Below, piece by piece: positions 7,538-16,575 of a stretch of DNA of 24,788 nucleotides. The stretch's first letter is position 1, and each line of letters opens with the position of its first letter. The notes beneath the pieces are model-generated. The model saw nothing but the letters and a program-made list of their open reading frames with translations, ran no database searches and was not told where the DNA came from. The translations under genes and the position numbers were made by a program. The stretch comes from a virus (lineage: Duplodnaviria > Caudoviricetes), in the IMG/VR virus record IMGVR_UViG_3300020045_005904, positions 1 to 24,788 of that record. One strand, written 5' to 3'.

Positions 7538-9439
7538 ATGGCAGATACCAGTTTATTCACCCGATTACAACGACTGTTTTCAACAGACGTAATCATCCGT
7601 AACCAGGGTGGCAACGAATTAAAAGTAATGGATGTTGACTCAATTCAACGTTCAGGAGACATAGCCACTAATTCATTAGTAGATAGATATAACCGTTTAT
7701 ATTCTCCAGCAGCATCTTCTTTATTAGGAGCTCAATTAAATATAAACTGGCAGTACTTACGTACTATGGTTTATTCGGATTATGATAACATGGATTACGA
7801 TGCTATTGTTGCCTCTGCTCTTGATATTGTTGCCGATGAATCTACTCTTAAGAATGATATGGGTGAGGTGCTTCATATTAAAAGTAGTAACGAGGATGTT
7901 CAACAAATCCTTTACAACTTGTTTTATGATGTATTAAACATTGAATTTAATCTTTGGTCTTGGATTCGCCAAATGTGTAAATACGGTGACTTTTTCCTTA
8001 AAATGGAAATTGCTGAAAAATATGGTGTTTATAATGTTATTCCTTATACCGCATACCATATTGAAAGACAAGAAAACTACGATAAAGAACATCCAAATGC
8101 TGTAAGATTTAGATACTCACCAGAAGGTATTTATGCTGGTGGATCAGGTTATTATGGTACTCCTACTGTAGGACAATTTAACGATAACCAACCAGGTATT
8201 TATTTTGATAATTATGAAATGGCTCACTTTAGATTGTTAACTGATGTTAACTATCTTCCTTATGGTCGTTCATATTTGGAACCAGCTCGTCGTATCTTCA
8301 AACAATACGTGTTGATGGAGGATGCTATGTTGATTCATAGAATCTCACGTTCTCCTGATCGTCGTATATTCTACATTAACGTTGGTTCTATTCCTCCAAA
8401 TGAGGTTGAAAACTTCATGCAGAAAACAATTTCTACTATGAAGCGTACTCCGTTAATGGATAACCAAACAGGTGAGTATAACTTAAAGTACAACATGCAA
8501 AACTTATTGGAAGACTTTTACATTCCAATGAGAGGTAATGATACTACTACTAAAATCGAAACCGCTCCTGGTTTACAGTATGATGGTATTCAAGACGTTA
8601 CTTACCTAAGAGATAAATTGTTTGCCGCTCTTAAAGTACCTAAAGCATTTATGGGTTACGATAAGGACTTGAGTGGTAAAGCTACATTGGCTGCCGAGGA
8701 CATTAGATTTGCTCGTACAATTGATCGTATTCAACGTATTACATTATCTGAATTATATAAGATTGCTTTAGTACACTTATATTCTCAAGGTTACACAGGT
8801 GAGGAATTAACTAATTTTGAGTTAGATTTAACTACACCTTCTATTATCTACGACCAGGAAAAAATTGCATTATTAACTCAAAAGGTAGAATTGGCTCAAA
8901 AGATTATGGAAGCTAAATTATTACCTACAGATTGGATTTATGATAACGTATTCCACTTCAGCCAAGATGAGTATGATGAATACAGAGACTTGTTAGCCGA
9001 AGACCAAAAACGTGCTTTCCGTTACAATCAGATTGCCGAAGAGGGTAACGATCCTAAAGTAACAGGTAAATCATATGGTACACCACACGATTTAGCTTCG
9101 TTATATGGTAAAGGAAGAATGTACGATCAACCCGAAAACGTTCCTGTAGGATACGGAGATGATTTAGAATTAGGTCGTCCTGAGGAAAAAGCAACTACTC
9201 GTAATACACAAGATGATAATTTCGGTAAAGATAGATTAGGTGTTAAAGGAATGAAAAATGACGATAACGAATCGGATAGTATCAATCCTAAACCTAAAGG
9301 TGGTTCTCCGTTTGCTTTAGAGGCAAAACAGGTATACCTTAAAAACAGAACTCTAATTGAAAGTTTAGGTAAAAAAGTAACTGCCGAAATTTCAACATTA
9401 GGAGATTCATTGTTAGATGAAAGTAAGTTAAAGGAATAA
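7538..9439 (+). CDS. gp20: Portal protein (T4 gp20-like)
   Basis: SYLEPARR...LMEDAMLIHRISRSPDRRIFYINVG, EDFYIPMRG...IETAPG and LFAALKVP are typical gp20 blocks; follows the terminase. Confidence 0.92.
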   Translation: MADTSLFTRLQRLFSTDVIIRNQGGNELKVMDVDSIQRSGDIATNSLVDRYNRLYSPAASSLLGAQLNINWQYLRTMVYSDYDNMDYDAIVASALDIVADESTLKNDMGEVLHIKSSNEDVQQILYNLFYDVLNIEFNLWSWIRQMCKYGDFFLKMEIAEKYGVYNVIPYTAYHIERQENYDKEHPNAVRFRYSPEGIYAGGSGYYGTPTVGQFNDNQPGIYFDNYEMAHFRLLTDVNYLPYGRSYLEPARRIFKQYVLMEDAMLIHRISRSPDRRIFYINVGSIPPNEVENFMQKTISTMKRTPLMDNQTGEYNLKYNMQNLLEDFYIPMRGNDTTTKIETAPGLQYDGIQDVTYLRDKLFAALKVPKAFMGYDKDLSGKATLAAEDIRFARTIDRIQRITLSELYKIALVHLYSQGYTGEELTNFELDLTTPSIIYDQEKIALLTQKVELAQKIMEAKLLPTDWIYDNVFHFSQDEYDEYRDLLAEDQKRAFRYNQIAEEGNDPKVTGKSYGTPHDLASLYGKGRMYDQPENVPVGYGDDLELGRPEEKATTRNTQDDNFGKDRLGVKGMKNDDNESDSINPKPKGGSPFALEAKQVYLKNRTLIESLGKKVTAEISTLGDSLLDESKLKE

Positions 9440-9450
9440 GAATCTTTATA

Positions 9451-9458
9451 TATTTATA
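9451..9458 (+). promoter_or_regulatory. Putative late promoter motif TATTTATA
   Basis: Intergenic, upstream of ATG 9475. Confidence 0.55.
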
Positions 9459-9474
9459 ACAAAACCTTTGGGGA

Positions 9475-10332
9475 ATGAACATTAAACATTCTAAGTATAA
9501 AAATACAGGAATCCTGTTTGAATTGTTGGTAAGACAAATAACGGCGGATACATTATCGGGTAAAGACTCGAAAGCTACTAATATATTAAAAAAATATTTT
9601 GTTAAAACTGAGTTAGGTAGAGAGTATAAATTATACGAAACAATTACTAAACACAAAAACTTAACAGAAGGTAAAGCAGAGGTTGTAATTAATTCCGTTA
9701 TTGAATCTTCTAAAAACTTAAATAGAGGAGCATTAAAAAGACAAAAGTATAATTTGATTCAAGAAATCTCTAAGCATTATAACTTAGAGGAATTCTTTAA
9801 AACCAAACTGCCCAACTATAAGTCTTACGCTGCATTATATACGTTAGTAGAAATATATAATAGCGAAATGTTATCCAATCCAGACCAAATTATTTCTAAC
9901 AAAATTGCTATTTTAGAAAACTTAACAACAAAACCAGTTGATAAGAAAAAGGTTGAGGATGATTTGTTAACCGAGTTTCAATCATACGATAAAGATTTAC
10001 GTATTTTAACTTATAAAGTGTTATTGGAGAAATTTAATGGTAAGTACGCATCATTAAACGATAACCAAAAAACAGTATTAAAAGAATTCATCAATTCAGT
10101 TGATTCAACTCCTAAATTGAGAGATTTTTATAATACTAAAGTTGTAGAAATTAAAGAAGAATTAACTAAATTAACTAAAAAAGTAACCGATAAGGCAACT
10201 CAAATTAAGTTAAATGAAGTTAATAAAATGATATCTACTTTAGATAAAACCTCTAAAGTGGGTAATGATGATTTGGTAAATTTATTACAATATTTTGCTT
10301 TATTAGAAGAAATTGAAAAAGTAAATGACTAA
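9475..10332 (+). CDS. Helical head-module protein (probable prohead core component)
   Basis: 285 aa between portal and protease, the position of T4 core genes; function inferred from position only. Confidence 0.55.
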   Translation: MNIKHSKYKNTGILFELLVRQITADTLSGKDSKATNILKKYFVKTELGREYKLYETITKHKNLTEGKAEVVINSVIESSKNLNRGALKRQKYNLIQEISKHYNLEEFFKTKLPNYKSYAALYTLVEIYNSEMLSNPDQIISNKIAILENLTTKPVDKKKVEDDLLTEFQSYDKDLRILTYKVLLEKFNGKYASLNDNQKTVLKEFINSVDSTPKLRDFYNTKVVEIKEELTKLTKKVTDKATQIKLNEVNKMISTLDKTSKVGNDDLVNLLQYFALLEEIEKVND

Positions 10333-11182
10333 TTTTAAATACAAGTTAAAGGAACTTAAAGTAGGTGATACCGAAACTCGTGGAGGAAGAAAATCTACTG
10401 TCACTGCTATTGACCCTGAAACTGGAGCTATTACCTGGTCTATTGAGGACGTAGCTGATTTTGAAAATGCTCATAATACTTTAGTTAAAGCAAAAAATTT
10501 TTTAGATAATTTAATATCATCTCCTGGAGCAAAAGGCGATTTCAAATTAAGAACTATTGCTAAAGAAGTTAGAGATGCTTATAATCAGTACCGTACTCAT
10601 TTAAGAAAAAATTATCCCGAAGAATATAATAAAGTATCTTCAGTAAGAGAAGATTCTACTATATCCTCATCTTCAGGATTTACTTCAGGTGGAGAGGGTG
10701 AAAACCATAACGGTCCATCTCCTCGTAAATCAACTTACGGTGCTTATACGCAAGCTGGATTTAAAAAAGTAAATGAGGGTCCTGGAGCTACTATGGGTCC
10801 TGGTCCTGCGGCTAGTGAAACAGGAGTTAAAGATAATGTTTATGTTAAAGACTTTAAGTATAAATTAGTTAACCAAAAAGCATTAAATAAAGCAGCAAAA
10901 GGTATTATCGTTAAACCACTTTGGGAAGAAGATACTAACGTTGAACAATACCTTCAGGATATAAATGTTCAGAATCCTGATAACAAACAATTTATTGCCT
11001 CTCGTTTAATGGGGTTTGATGAAGTAGAAAGAAAATTAAATCAATTAATACCATTATTGCAACAAGCAAAACACGAGACTATGGATTACTACAGACAAAA
11101 ACCAGAATCATTTGGTATTGTTTATGGTACTGATTTAGCAAAAGATTACTTAGATGATTTAATAGAATTATTTAAAAAATAA
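10325..11182 (+). CDS. Hypothetical head-module protein
   Basis: 285 aa; 8-nt overlap with the previous gene; Gly/Ser-rich linkers follow KLKE, SVRE and KVNE sites. Confidence 0.55.
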   Translation: MTNFKYKLKELKVGDTETRGGRKSTVTAIDPETGAITWSIEDVADFENAHNTLVKAKNFLDNLISSPGAKGDFKLRTIAKEVRDAYNQYRTHLRKNYPEEYNKVSSVREDSTISSSSGFTSGGEGENHNGPSPRKSTYGAYTQAGFKKVNEGPGATMGPGPAASETGVKDNVYVKDFKYKLVNQKALNKAAKGIIVKPLWEEDTNVEQYLQDINVQNPDNKQFIASRLMGFDEVERKLNQLIPLLQQAKHETMDYYRQKPESFGIVYGTDLAKDYLDDLIELFKK

Positions 11183-11190
11183 TATTTATA
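11183..11190 (+). promoter_or_regulatory. Putative late promoter motif TATTTATA
   Basis: 5 nt before ATG 11196. Confidence 0.6.
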
Positions 11191-11195
11191 ACAAA

Positions 11196-12119
11196 ATGGA
11201 AAAAACATTACAACAACATTACAACCTTATTAAAGAAGGTAAAGGTGATAAACAACACTTTTTAAAACAAGCTAGAAATTTATTTCCTGACTATATTACT
11301 TCATTAAATGATTTTGATACTACTGTTCATATCTTAAAAAACAAAAGCATCCTTAATGAATCTTTAGGAGGTGTAACTACAGGTCGTAAAGACTGGTGGT
11401 CTATCTTTGATTCTAACTTAAGAGAGGCTGTTGGTGTTAAAGATAAAAAAGAGTATGGTGATCAAAATGAGTTTGAAAAACCTGCTCCTGAAATAACTAA
11501 AGATTTGGAAAGCAATTTCGATAATAGTGACGAAAAAAATATTGACAACGTTTATGGTCAATCATTTTTAATGGGTTTCTATACTGAAATGCAAGACGAA
11601 AAAAATAAAGATAAGAGTGTAGATGAATTAAAACAAATCGTGTTGAAAAACATGGTTAAAGATATTAATTACTACCACACAGAAGCTTCTTTCGGTATTA
11701 AAGGAATTGGATACAAGAAAGATGTAGTTGGAGGTGGAGAACCAGTAGAACCTAAAGGCAAATACAAATCATCAGGATATGGTGATATGCCTAAAACCGT
11801 TAAAGAAGGTTTGAACGAAGCAAAACGTCCTGATATTAATTCTCAAATCAAAGAATTAGAAAAAACATCTCAAGTTGTTGCTCTAGAAGCAAAATTAGCA
11901 TCTATTGATGAGGCAATCGAAAAACGTAAATCTAAATTAGCATTAGCTGAGTCTGAAGAATTAGCAGAAATGATTGATCAATCTATGGTTAAAACCCTTA
12001 ATAAGGAAATCAAAGAACTTGAAAAACATAAAGCTAAAAACCAAAAAATCTACGAAAAGATGGCTGGTAAAGCTAAAGAAGAAGTTATTGACGAGGACGA
12101 AAACATGATGCCCTATTAA
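11196..12119 (+). CDS. Hypothetical head-module protein with C-terminal coiled coil
   Basis: 307 aa immediately upstream of the protease; multiple L/I/V-x-E sites (LIKE, ILNE, NLRE, TVKE, GLNE). Confidence 0.55.
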   Translation: MEKTLQQHYNLIKEGKGDKQHFLKQARNLFPDYITSLNDFDTTVHILKNKSILNESLGGVTTGRKDWWSIFDSNLREAVGVKDKKEYGDQNEFEKPAPEITKDLESNFDNSDEKNIDNVYGQSFLMGFYTEMQDEKNKDKSVDELKQIVLKNMVKDINYYHTEASFGIKGIGYKKDVVGGGEPVEPKGKYKSSGYGDMPKTVKEGLNEAKRPDINSQIKELEKTSQVVALEAKLASIDEAIEKRKSKLALAESEELAEMIDQSMVKTLNKEIKELEKHKAKNQKIYEKMAGKAKEEVIDEDENMMPY

Positions 12120-12120
12120 T

Positions 12121-12726
12121 ATGAAACAAGTTTTAATTGAAACCATACCATTTAAAGTTGCTCCGATGCAACTTACCGAAGGTTTAAAGGCACCTTCTGG
12201 TAATCCCTTAGTTGAAGGTATTTTAGCTACAGCCGAAGTAAAAAATGGTAACGGTAGATATTATCCTAAAGAATTATGGGAGCGTGAAATTGGTAAATAT
12301 AACCAAATCGTTAAAGAAAATAGAGCCACAGGTGAGTTAGATCACCCCGACTCAACTATTATTTCTTTAAAAAACGTATCTCACATTATTAGAGAAATTT
12401 GGTGGGATGGAGATAAGGTAATGGGTAAGTTAGAAATTTTACCTACAGTATCTGGTAATATCTTAAAAGCACTTATTGAAAACAATGTTCAAGTAGGTGT
12501 ATCATCTCGTGGAATGGGTTCATTAAAAGAAATCAATGAAGGTACTTTAGAGGTACAAGATGATTTTGAATTATTATGCTGGGATTTTGTATCAACACCT
12601 TCTAATCCAGGTTCATATATGAATTTAGTTAGAGAAGGTAAAGAAATGCCTACTAAATCATATGCTAAAGTTAATTCTATATTAACAGAAATTTTATGTG
12701 CTAACGGCACATGCCCTATATTTTAA
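12121..12726 (+). CDS. gp21: Prohead maturation protease (T4 gp21-like)
   Basis: NGNGRYY, GELDHP, VSHII, GVSSRGMGS and WDFVSTPS motifs. Confidence 0.93.
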   Translation: MKQVLIETIPFKVAPMQLTEGLKAPSGNPLVEGILATAEVKNGNGRYYPKELWEREIGKYNQIVKENRATGELDHPDSTIISLKNVSHIIREIWWDGDKVMGKLEILPTVSGNILKALIENNVQVGVSSRGMGSLKEINEGTLEVQDDFELLCWDFVSTPSNPGSYMNLVREGKEMPTKSYAKVNSILTEILCANGTCPIF

Positions 12727-12753
12727 CCCCTCTTAGGATAGAATCCTTTGATT

Positions 12754-12785
12754 GACCCTCCCTTAAAAAAGGAGGGTTTCTTTTT
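12754..12785 (+). terminator. Intrinsic terminator
   Basis: GACCCTCC (12754-12761) / GGAGGGTT (12771-12778), A-rich loop, followed by TCTTTTT. Confidence 0.75.
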
Positions 12786-12805
12786 GCGATTTTAGTATCT
12801 TTCGA

Positions 12806-12815
12806 TATACGTATA
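12806..12815 (+). promoter_or_regulatory. Variant late motif (palindromic TATACGTATA) upstream of the scaffold-capsid operon
   Basis: Contains TACGTATA, a variant of TATTTATA/TATGTATA, just after a terminator and ahead of the scaffold gene. Confidence 0.45.
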
Positions 12816-12931
12816 CTCGACAATATACGATTGTTTATATCGTATTATCAAAAAAATATTCTATTACGCTTCGACATTCGTCAACAATAAGCGTACTTCC
12901 AACAAAAATTATTTGAGGACAAACAAACAAA

Positions 12932-14020
12932 ATGGTAAACAGAGACTTATTGAAAGAAGCCATTGCCGATGCTAAAGCAGTTAAGGAAACTGCCATCGCC
13001 AATGCAAAGGCCGCTCTCGAAGAAGCTTTTACTCCGTATTTGAAAGAAAAGTTAGCTGCAAAGCTTTCTGAAATGGATGAAATGGATGAAGCCGAAGAGG
13101 TGACCGAAATGAAAGAAAAGGAAATTGAGGAAAATTACGAAATGGATGAAGCTAAAGAAATTGATGAGGCAGCCGAAATGGACGAAGCCGCTGAAATGGA
13201 TGAAGCTAAAGAAATGGATGAAATGGACTTAGATGAACTTTTAAGAGAACTTGATGCTATGGATGAAGAAGAATCAGCCATGGAAGAAGGTAAAGCCGCT
13301 TACGAGTACGAAAAGGGAAAGAAAGCTGGTGAAAAAGAAGCAATGAATGAAGAAGAAGATTTATTAAACGATCCTAAAGGTCCTACAGCACACGGTAACG
13401 TAGCTGAAGCCGAAGAGGAAGAAGAAGTTGAAGATGAAGAAATCGACATCGAAAACATGGATGAATCTGATCTGAAATCTTTCATTGAATCAGTAATTGC
13501 TGACATGGTAGCTGCCGGAGAATTAGAAGGTGGTGAAGGCATGGAAGGCGAAGAAGAAGGCGAAGAAGAGGAAAGTGAAGAAGAAGTAGGTGTTGAAGCA
13601 ATGGATGAAGTAAATGAAATGAAAAAAGAAGTAGAAGAAGCTAAAAAAGCTAAAGAAAAAGCTGAAAAAGAATTAAAAGAAGCTTTAGAAACTGTTTCTA
13701 TTATCAAAACTGAACTTCAAGAAGTTAATTTGTTCAACGCTAAATTGCTTTACACAAACAAAATCTTCAAAGCTAAAAACTTGACCGAAAGTCAAAAAGT
13801 AAAAGTATTGGCCGCTTTTGACAAAGCCGCTAGCGTAAAAGAAGCTAAATTAGTATTCGAAACCTTATCTGAAGGTATGAAAGAAACTAAGAAGCCTGTT
13901 AACGAATCATTGTTAAGAGGATCTGCTTCTAAACCTGCCGGAGTTGCTGAAAAGAAACCAATTCTTGAAGTAAACGATCAATTCTCCCGTTGGCAGACAT
14001 TGGCCGGAATTAAAAAATAA
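12932..14020 (+). CDS. Prohead scaffolding protein (T4 gp22 position)
   Basis: Extremely acidic (EMDEA repeats, poly-E), coiled-coil ends, located between protease and capsid genes; ends RWQTLAGIKK. Confidence 0.8.
   Translation: MVNRDLLKEAIADAKAVKETAIANAKAALEEAFTPYLKEKLAAKLSEMDEMDEAEEVTEMKEKEIEENYEMDEAKEIDEAAEMDEAAEMDEAKEMDEMDLDELLRELDAMDEEESAMEEGKAAYEYEKGKKAGEKEAMNEEEDLLNDPKGPTAHGNVAEAEEEEEVEDEEIDIENMDESDLKSFIESVIADMVAAGELEGGEGMEGEEEGEEEESEEEVGVEAMDEVNEMKKEVEEAKKAKEKAEKELKEALETVSIIKTELQEVNLFNAKLLYTNKIFKAKNLTESQKVKVLAAFDKAASVKEAKLVFETLSEGMKETKKPVNESLLRGSASKPAGVAEKKPILEVNDQFSRWQTLAGIKK
13072..13270 (+). repeat. Degenerate coding repeats (EMDEA / GAAATGGATGAAGC) in the scaffold
   Basis: Recurrent GAAATGGA(T/C)GAA units, several spaced 18 nt apart; boundaries approximate. 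Confidence 0.6.
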
Positions 14021-14061
14021 CAAAAACACAAACACACACAAAAAAAAACAAAAAAACTAAA

Positions 14062-15816
14062 ATGTCAAACGTACAACAATTATTAGAAAGCGCTGCTGGT
14101 TCTTGGAAGAGCTTGCAAAGCGATGCCGCTAAATTGGCTGGCAAATGGTCTAAGACCGGATTGTTAGAAGGTTTGGTTGAGGTTGATAAAAACAATATGT
14201 CATTATTGTTAGAAAACCAAGCCAAACAGTTGGTAACTGAAACAAACCAAATTTCTTCTAACTCATTTTACACTTCAGGTGGACAAGGTGAAAACTGGGC
14301 TGGTATTGCATTACCTTTAGTTCGTAAGGTATTCGGTACTATCGTAGCTAAAGAATTCGTTTCTGTTCAACCAATGAACATGCCTTCAGGACTTGTGTTC
14401 TTCTTAGATTTCCAATATGGTAACACTAAGACTCCATTTACTGAAGGTCAATCTTTGTATGGTAACCGTAATACTGCTTCTCAATTCCCATTCTCTACTC
14501 CAGCTGCTGAAGGTGGTTTATATGGTGGTACTTCAGGTCGTTTTACTTACGCTACTAATACTTTCTCAGCTTCTTTCCAAGTGTCAGCTTCTTTGACTAA
14601 CACTTTGACTAGAACTGCTGCTGGAACTGGATCTATCATATCTGCCTCATGGTCTGATTGTGATTTTGATTCTGATTACTCTGCTTCTGTAGCCTCTGGT
14701 CAGATGTACAAAATGACCATCACTGCATCTAACAGTACCTTACCTAGCTTTGACCAAGACGCCGTTCGTGGTTTTATAGCTGCTTCTGGTTCTAACTTTA
14801 GTGCTGCTACTTTAGTACCTGCTTTTACAACTTACAACTATTCTGCTAACACTATTAGCTTTGTATTCACTGGTTCAGCTAACTTTGCTTCAACTCCTCA
14901 ATCTGGATCTATTTTCGTTGTTACTTATGAAAAAGCAACTTCTCAAGATGGATTAAACGTAACTTCTGGTGATAACGTAACTAGCGGTAACTTCTCAGGT
15001 CGTGGTGATTTCGAAGCTTCTGGTTCATTCTCAGTTCCTAACTCTGCTTCTTCTACTCAAATCGTTATCCCTGAGATCAACGTTAGAATGCAATCACAAC
15101 CTATCACTGCTAAAACCAAGAAATTGAAGGCAGTATGGACTCCTGAATTTGCACAAGATTTAGCAGCTTACCAGAACATCGATGCTGAAGCTGAATTGAC
15201 TAACATCATGAGCGAGTACATTTCAATGGAAATTGATTTGGAAATCTTGGATATGTTGATCGAAGATGCTGCTGCTGCTACTGAGTACTGGTCTGCAATT
15301 AACAACACAACCATCAGCTCTAACGGAACTTTTGGTTCAGCTGGTTTCTACAACACTCAAGGTCAGTGGTTCCAAACTTTAGGTACTAAAATCCAAAAAG
15401 TATCTAACAAGATTCACCAGTTGACTCTTCGTGGTGGTGCTAACTTCTTGGTTACTTCTCCAACAATCGCTACTATCTTGGAATCAATCCCAGGATTCGC
15501 TTCTACTTCAAACGGTGAAGCTGATCAAATGGAATATGCTTTCGGTGTACAAAAAGTTGGTACTGTAAACGGTCGTTACAAAGTTTACAAGAACCCTTAC
15601 ATGACTGAAAACTTGATCCTTATGGGTTACAGAGGTTCTCAGTTCTTGGAAACTGGTGCTGTATTCGCTCCTTACATTCCTTTGATCATGACTCCATTGG
15701 TGTACGATCCTGATACCTTCACTCCACGTAAAGGTCTTTTGACTCGCTACGCTAAGAAGATGTTGCGTCCGGAGTTTTATGGAAAAATTTATGTTAGTGG
15801 ATTAAACACCATCTAA
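14062..15816 (+). CDS. gp23: Major capsid protein (T4 gp23-like) with a large Ser/Thr-rich insertion
   Basis: LPLVRKVF, VSVQPMNMPSGLVFFLDF, AKTKKLKAVWTPEFAQDL...DAEAEL...EIDLEIL and APYIPL...PDTFTPRKGLLTRY blocks; strongly biased codon usage. Confidence 0.95.
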   Translation: MSNVQQLLESAAGSWKSLQSDAAKLAGKWSKTGLLEGLVEVDKNNMSLLLENQAKQLVTETNQISSNSFYTSGGQGENWAGIALPLVRKVFGTIVAKEFVSVQPMNMPSGLVFFLDFQYGNTKTPFTEGQSLYGNRNTASQFPFSTPAAEGGLYGGTSGRFTYATNTFSASFQVSASLTNTLTRTAAGTGSIISASWSDCDFDSDYSASVASGQMYKMTITASNSTLPSFDQDAVRGFIAASGSNFSAATLVPAFTTYNYSANTISFVFTGSANFASTPQSGSIFVVTYEKATSQDGLNVTSGDNVTSGNFSGRGDFEASGSFSVPNSASSTQIVIPEINVRMQSQPITAKTKKLKAVWTPEFAQDLAAYQNIDAEAELTNIMSEYISMEIDLEILDMLIEDAAAATEYWSAINNTTISSNGTFGSAGFYNTQGQWFQTLGTKIQKVSNKIHQLTLRGGANFLVTSPTIATILESIPGFASTSNGEADQMEYAFGVQKVGTVNGRYKVYKNPYMTENLILMGYRGSQFLETGAVFAPYIPLIMTPLVYDPDTFTPRKGLLTRYAKKMLRPEFYGKIYVSGLNTI

Positions 15817-15844
15817 TATAAAACTTCTTCAAAAGTAAAAGATT

Positions 15845-15871
15845 AAGAGCCGCATTTTTGCGGCTCTTTTT
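15845..15871 (+). terminator. Intrinsic terminator after the capsid gene
   Basis: AAGAGCCGCA / TGCGGCTCTT perfect 10-bp stem, TTTT loop, running into a T tract. Confidence 0.85.
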
Positions 15872-15873
15872 CA

Positions 15874-15881
15874 TATGTATA
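15874..15881 (+). promoter_or_regulatory. Variant late motif TATGTATA upstream of the HNH gene
   Basis: Directly after the terminator; the same variant is at 16539-16546. Confidence 0.5.
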
Positions 15882-15904
15882 ATGGACCCGAAAAATTCTG
15901 GACT

Positions 15905-16486
15905 ATGAAAAAATGTTTAAAATGTAATATAGAAAAACCAATCACCCAATTTTATAAAAAAACAGCTGAAAAAGACGGTAGACATCGTTATTGTAGTGTT
16001 TGTATGAGAGAAGAAAAAAAACAATATTATTCTGAAAATAAAGTAAAACGTGCCGACTACTATAAAGAATACCGAAAAGAAAATAAAGAATATTTTAATC
16101 AATATTGTGCAAATCATTATCATACTAAAAAGGAACTTTATAGAGAATGGAACAAAAACAAATACCATACAGATATTGGATTCAGAATAAAACATGTAAC
16201 ATCAGCTCGAATATCAGAAGCTTTAAAACTATATAATACTCTTAAAAAAGATCGTACTATAGAATATTTGGGATGTAATATGGAAGAATATACTCAATAT
16301 CTAGAATCCCAGTTTACACCAGAAATGACTTGGGATAATTATGGAGAGTATTGGGAAATAGATCATATAAAACCTATAGCTTCTTTTGATTTAAATATTG
16401 AAGAAAATTTATATACATGCTTTTATTATCTTAATACCCAACCCCTAGAAAAAACCCAAAACAGAGAAAAAAGTGATAAAATTTAA
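15905..16486 (+). CDS. Free-standing HNH (endonuclease VII-like) putative homing endonuclease with N-terminal Zn finger
   Basis: Likely start ATG 15905 (MKKCLKC...YCSVC); C-terminal YLGC...MTWDNYG..WEIDHIKP...LNTQPL...N..KS; more AT-rich than the capsid gene. Confidence 0.8.
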   Translation: MKKCLKCNIEKPITQFYKKTAEKDGRHRYCSVCMREEKKQYYSENKVKRADYYKEYRKENKEYFNQYCANHYHTKKELYREWNKNKYHTDIGFRIKHVTSARISEALKLYNTLKKDRTIEYLGCNMEEYTQYLESQFTPEMTWDNYGEYWEIDHIKPIASFDLNIEENLYTCFYYLNTQPLEKTQNREKSDKI

Positions 16487-16493
16487 TATTTTC

Positions 16494-16518
16494 CCCCGAG
16501 AAATCGGGGCTTTTTTTT
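16494..16518 (+). terminator. Intrinsic terminator after the HNH gene
   Basis: CCCCGA-GAAA-TCGGGG stem-loop followed by C and T8. Confidence 0.85.
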
Positions 16519-16538
16519 ACTAGTATAGGCCTATATAA

Positions 16539-16546
16539 TATGTATA
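16539..16546 (+). promoter_or_regulatory. Variant late motif TATGTATA upstream of the amidinotransferase operon
   Basis: Between the terminator and ATG 16576. Confidence 0.5.
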
Positions 16547-16575
16547 GCAAATACAGTTACACTAAATTAAATTTT

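Noticed and set aside
5943-15816. Introns or inteins in terminase, portal or capsid genes
   Set aside because: The ORFs are continuous and of expected size, with no intein-type junction motifs; the capsid insert does not resemble an intein.
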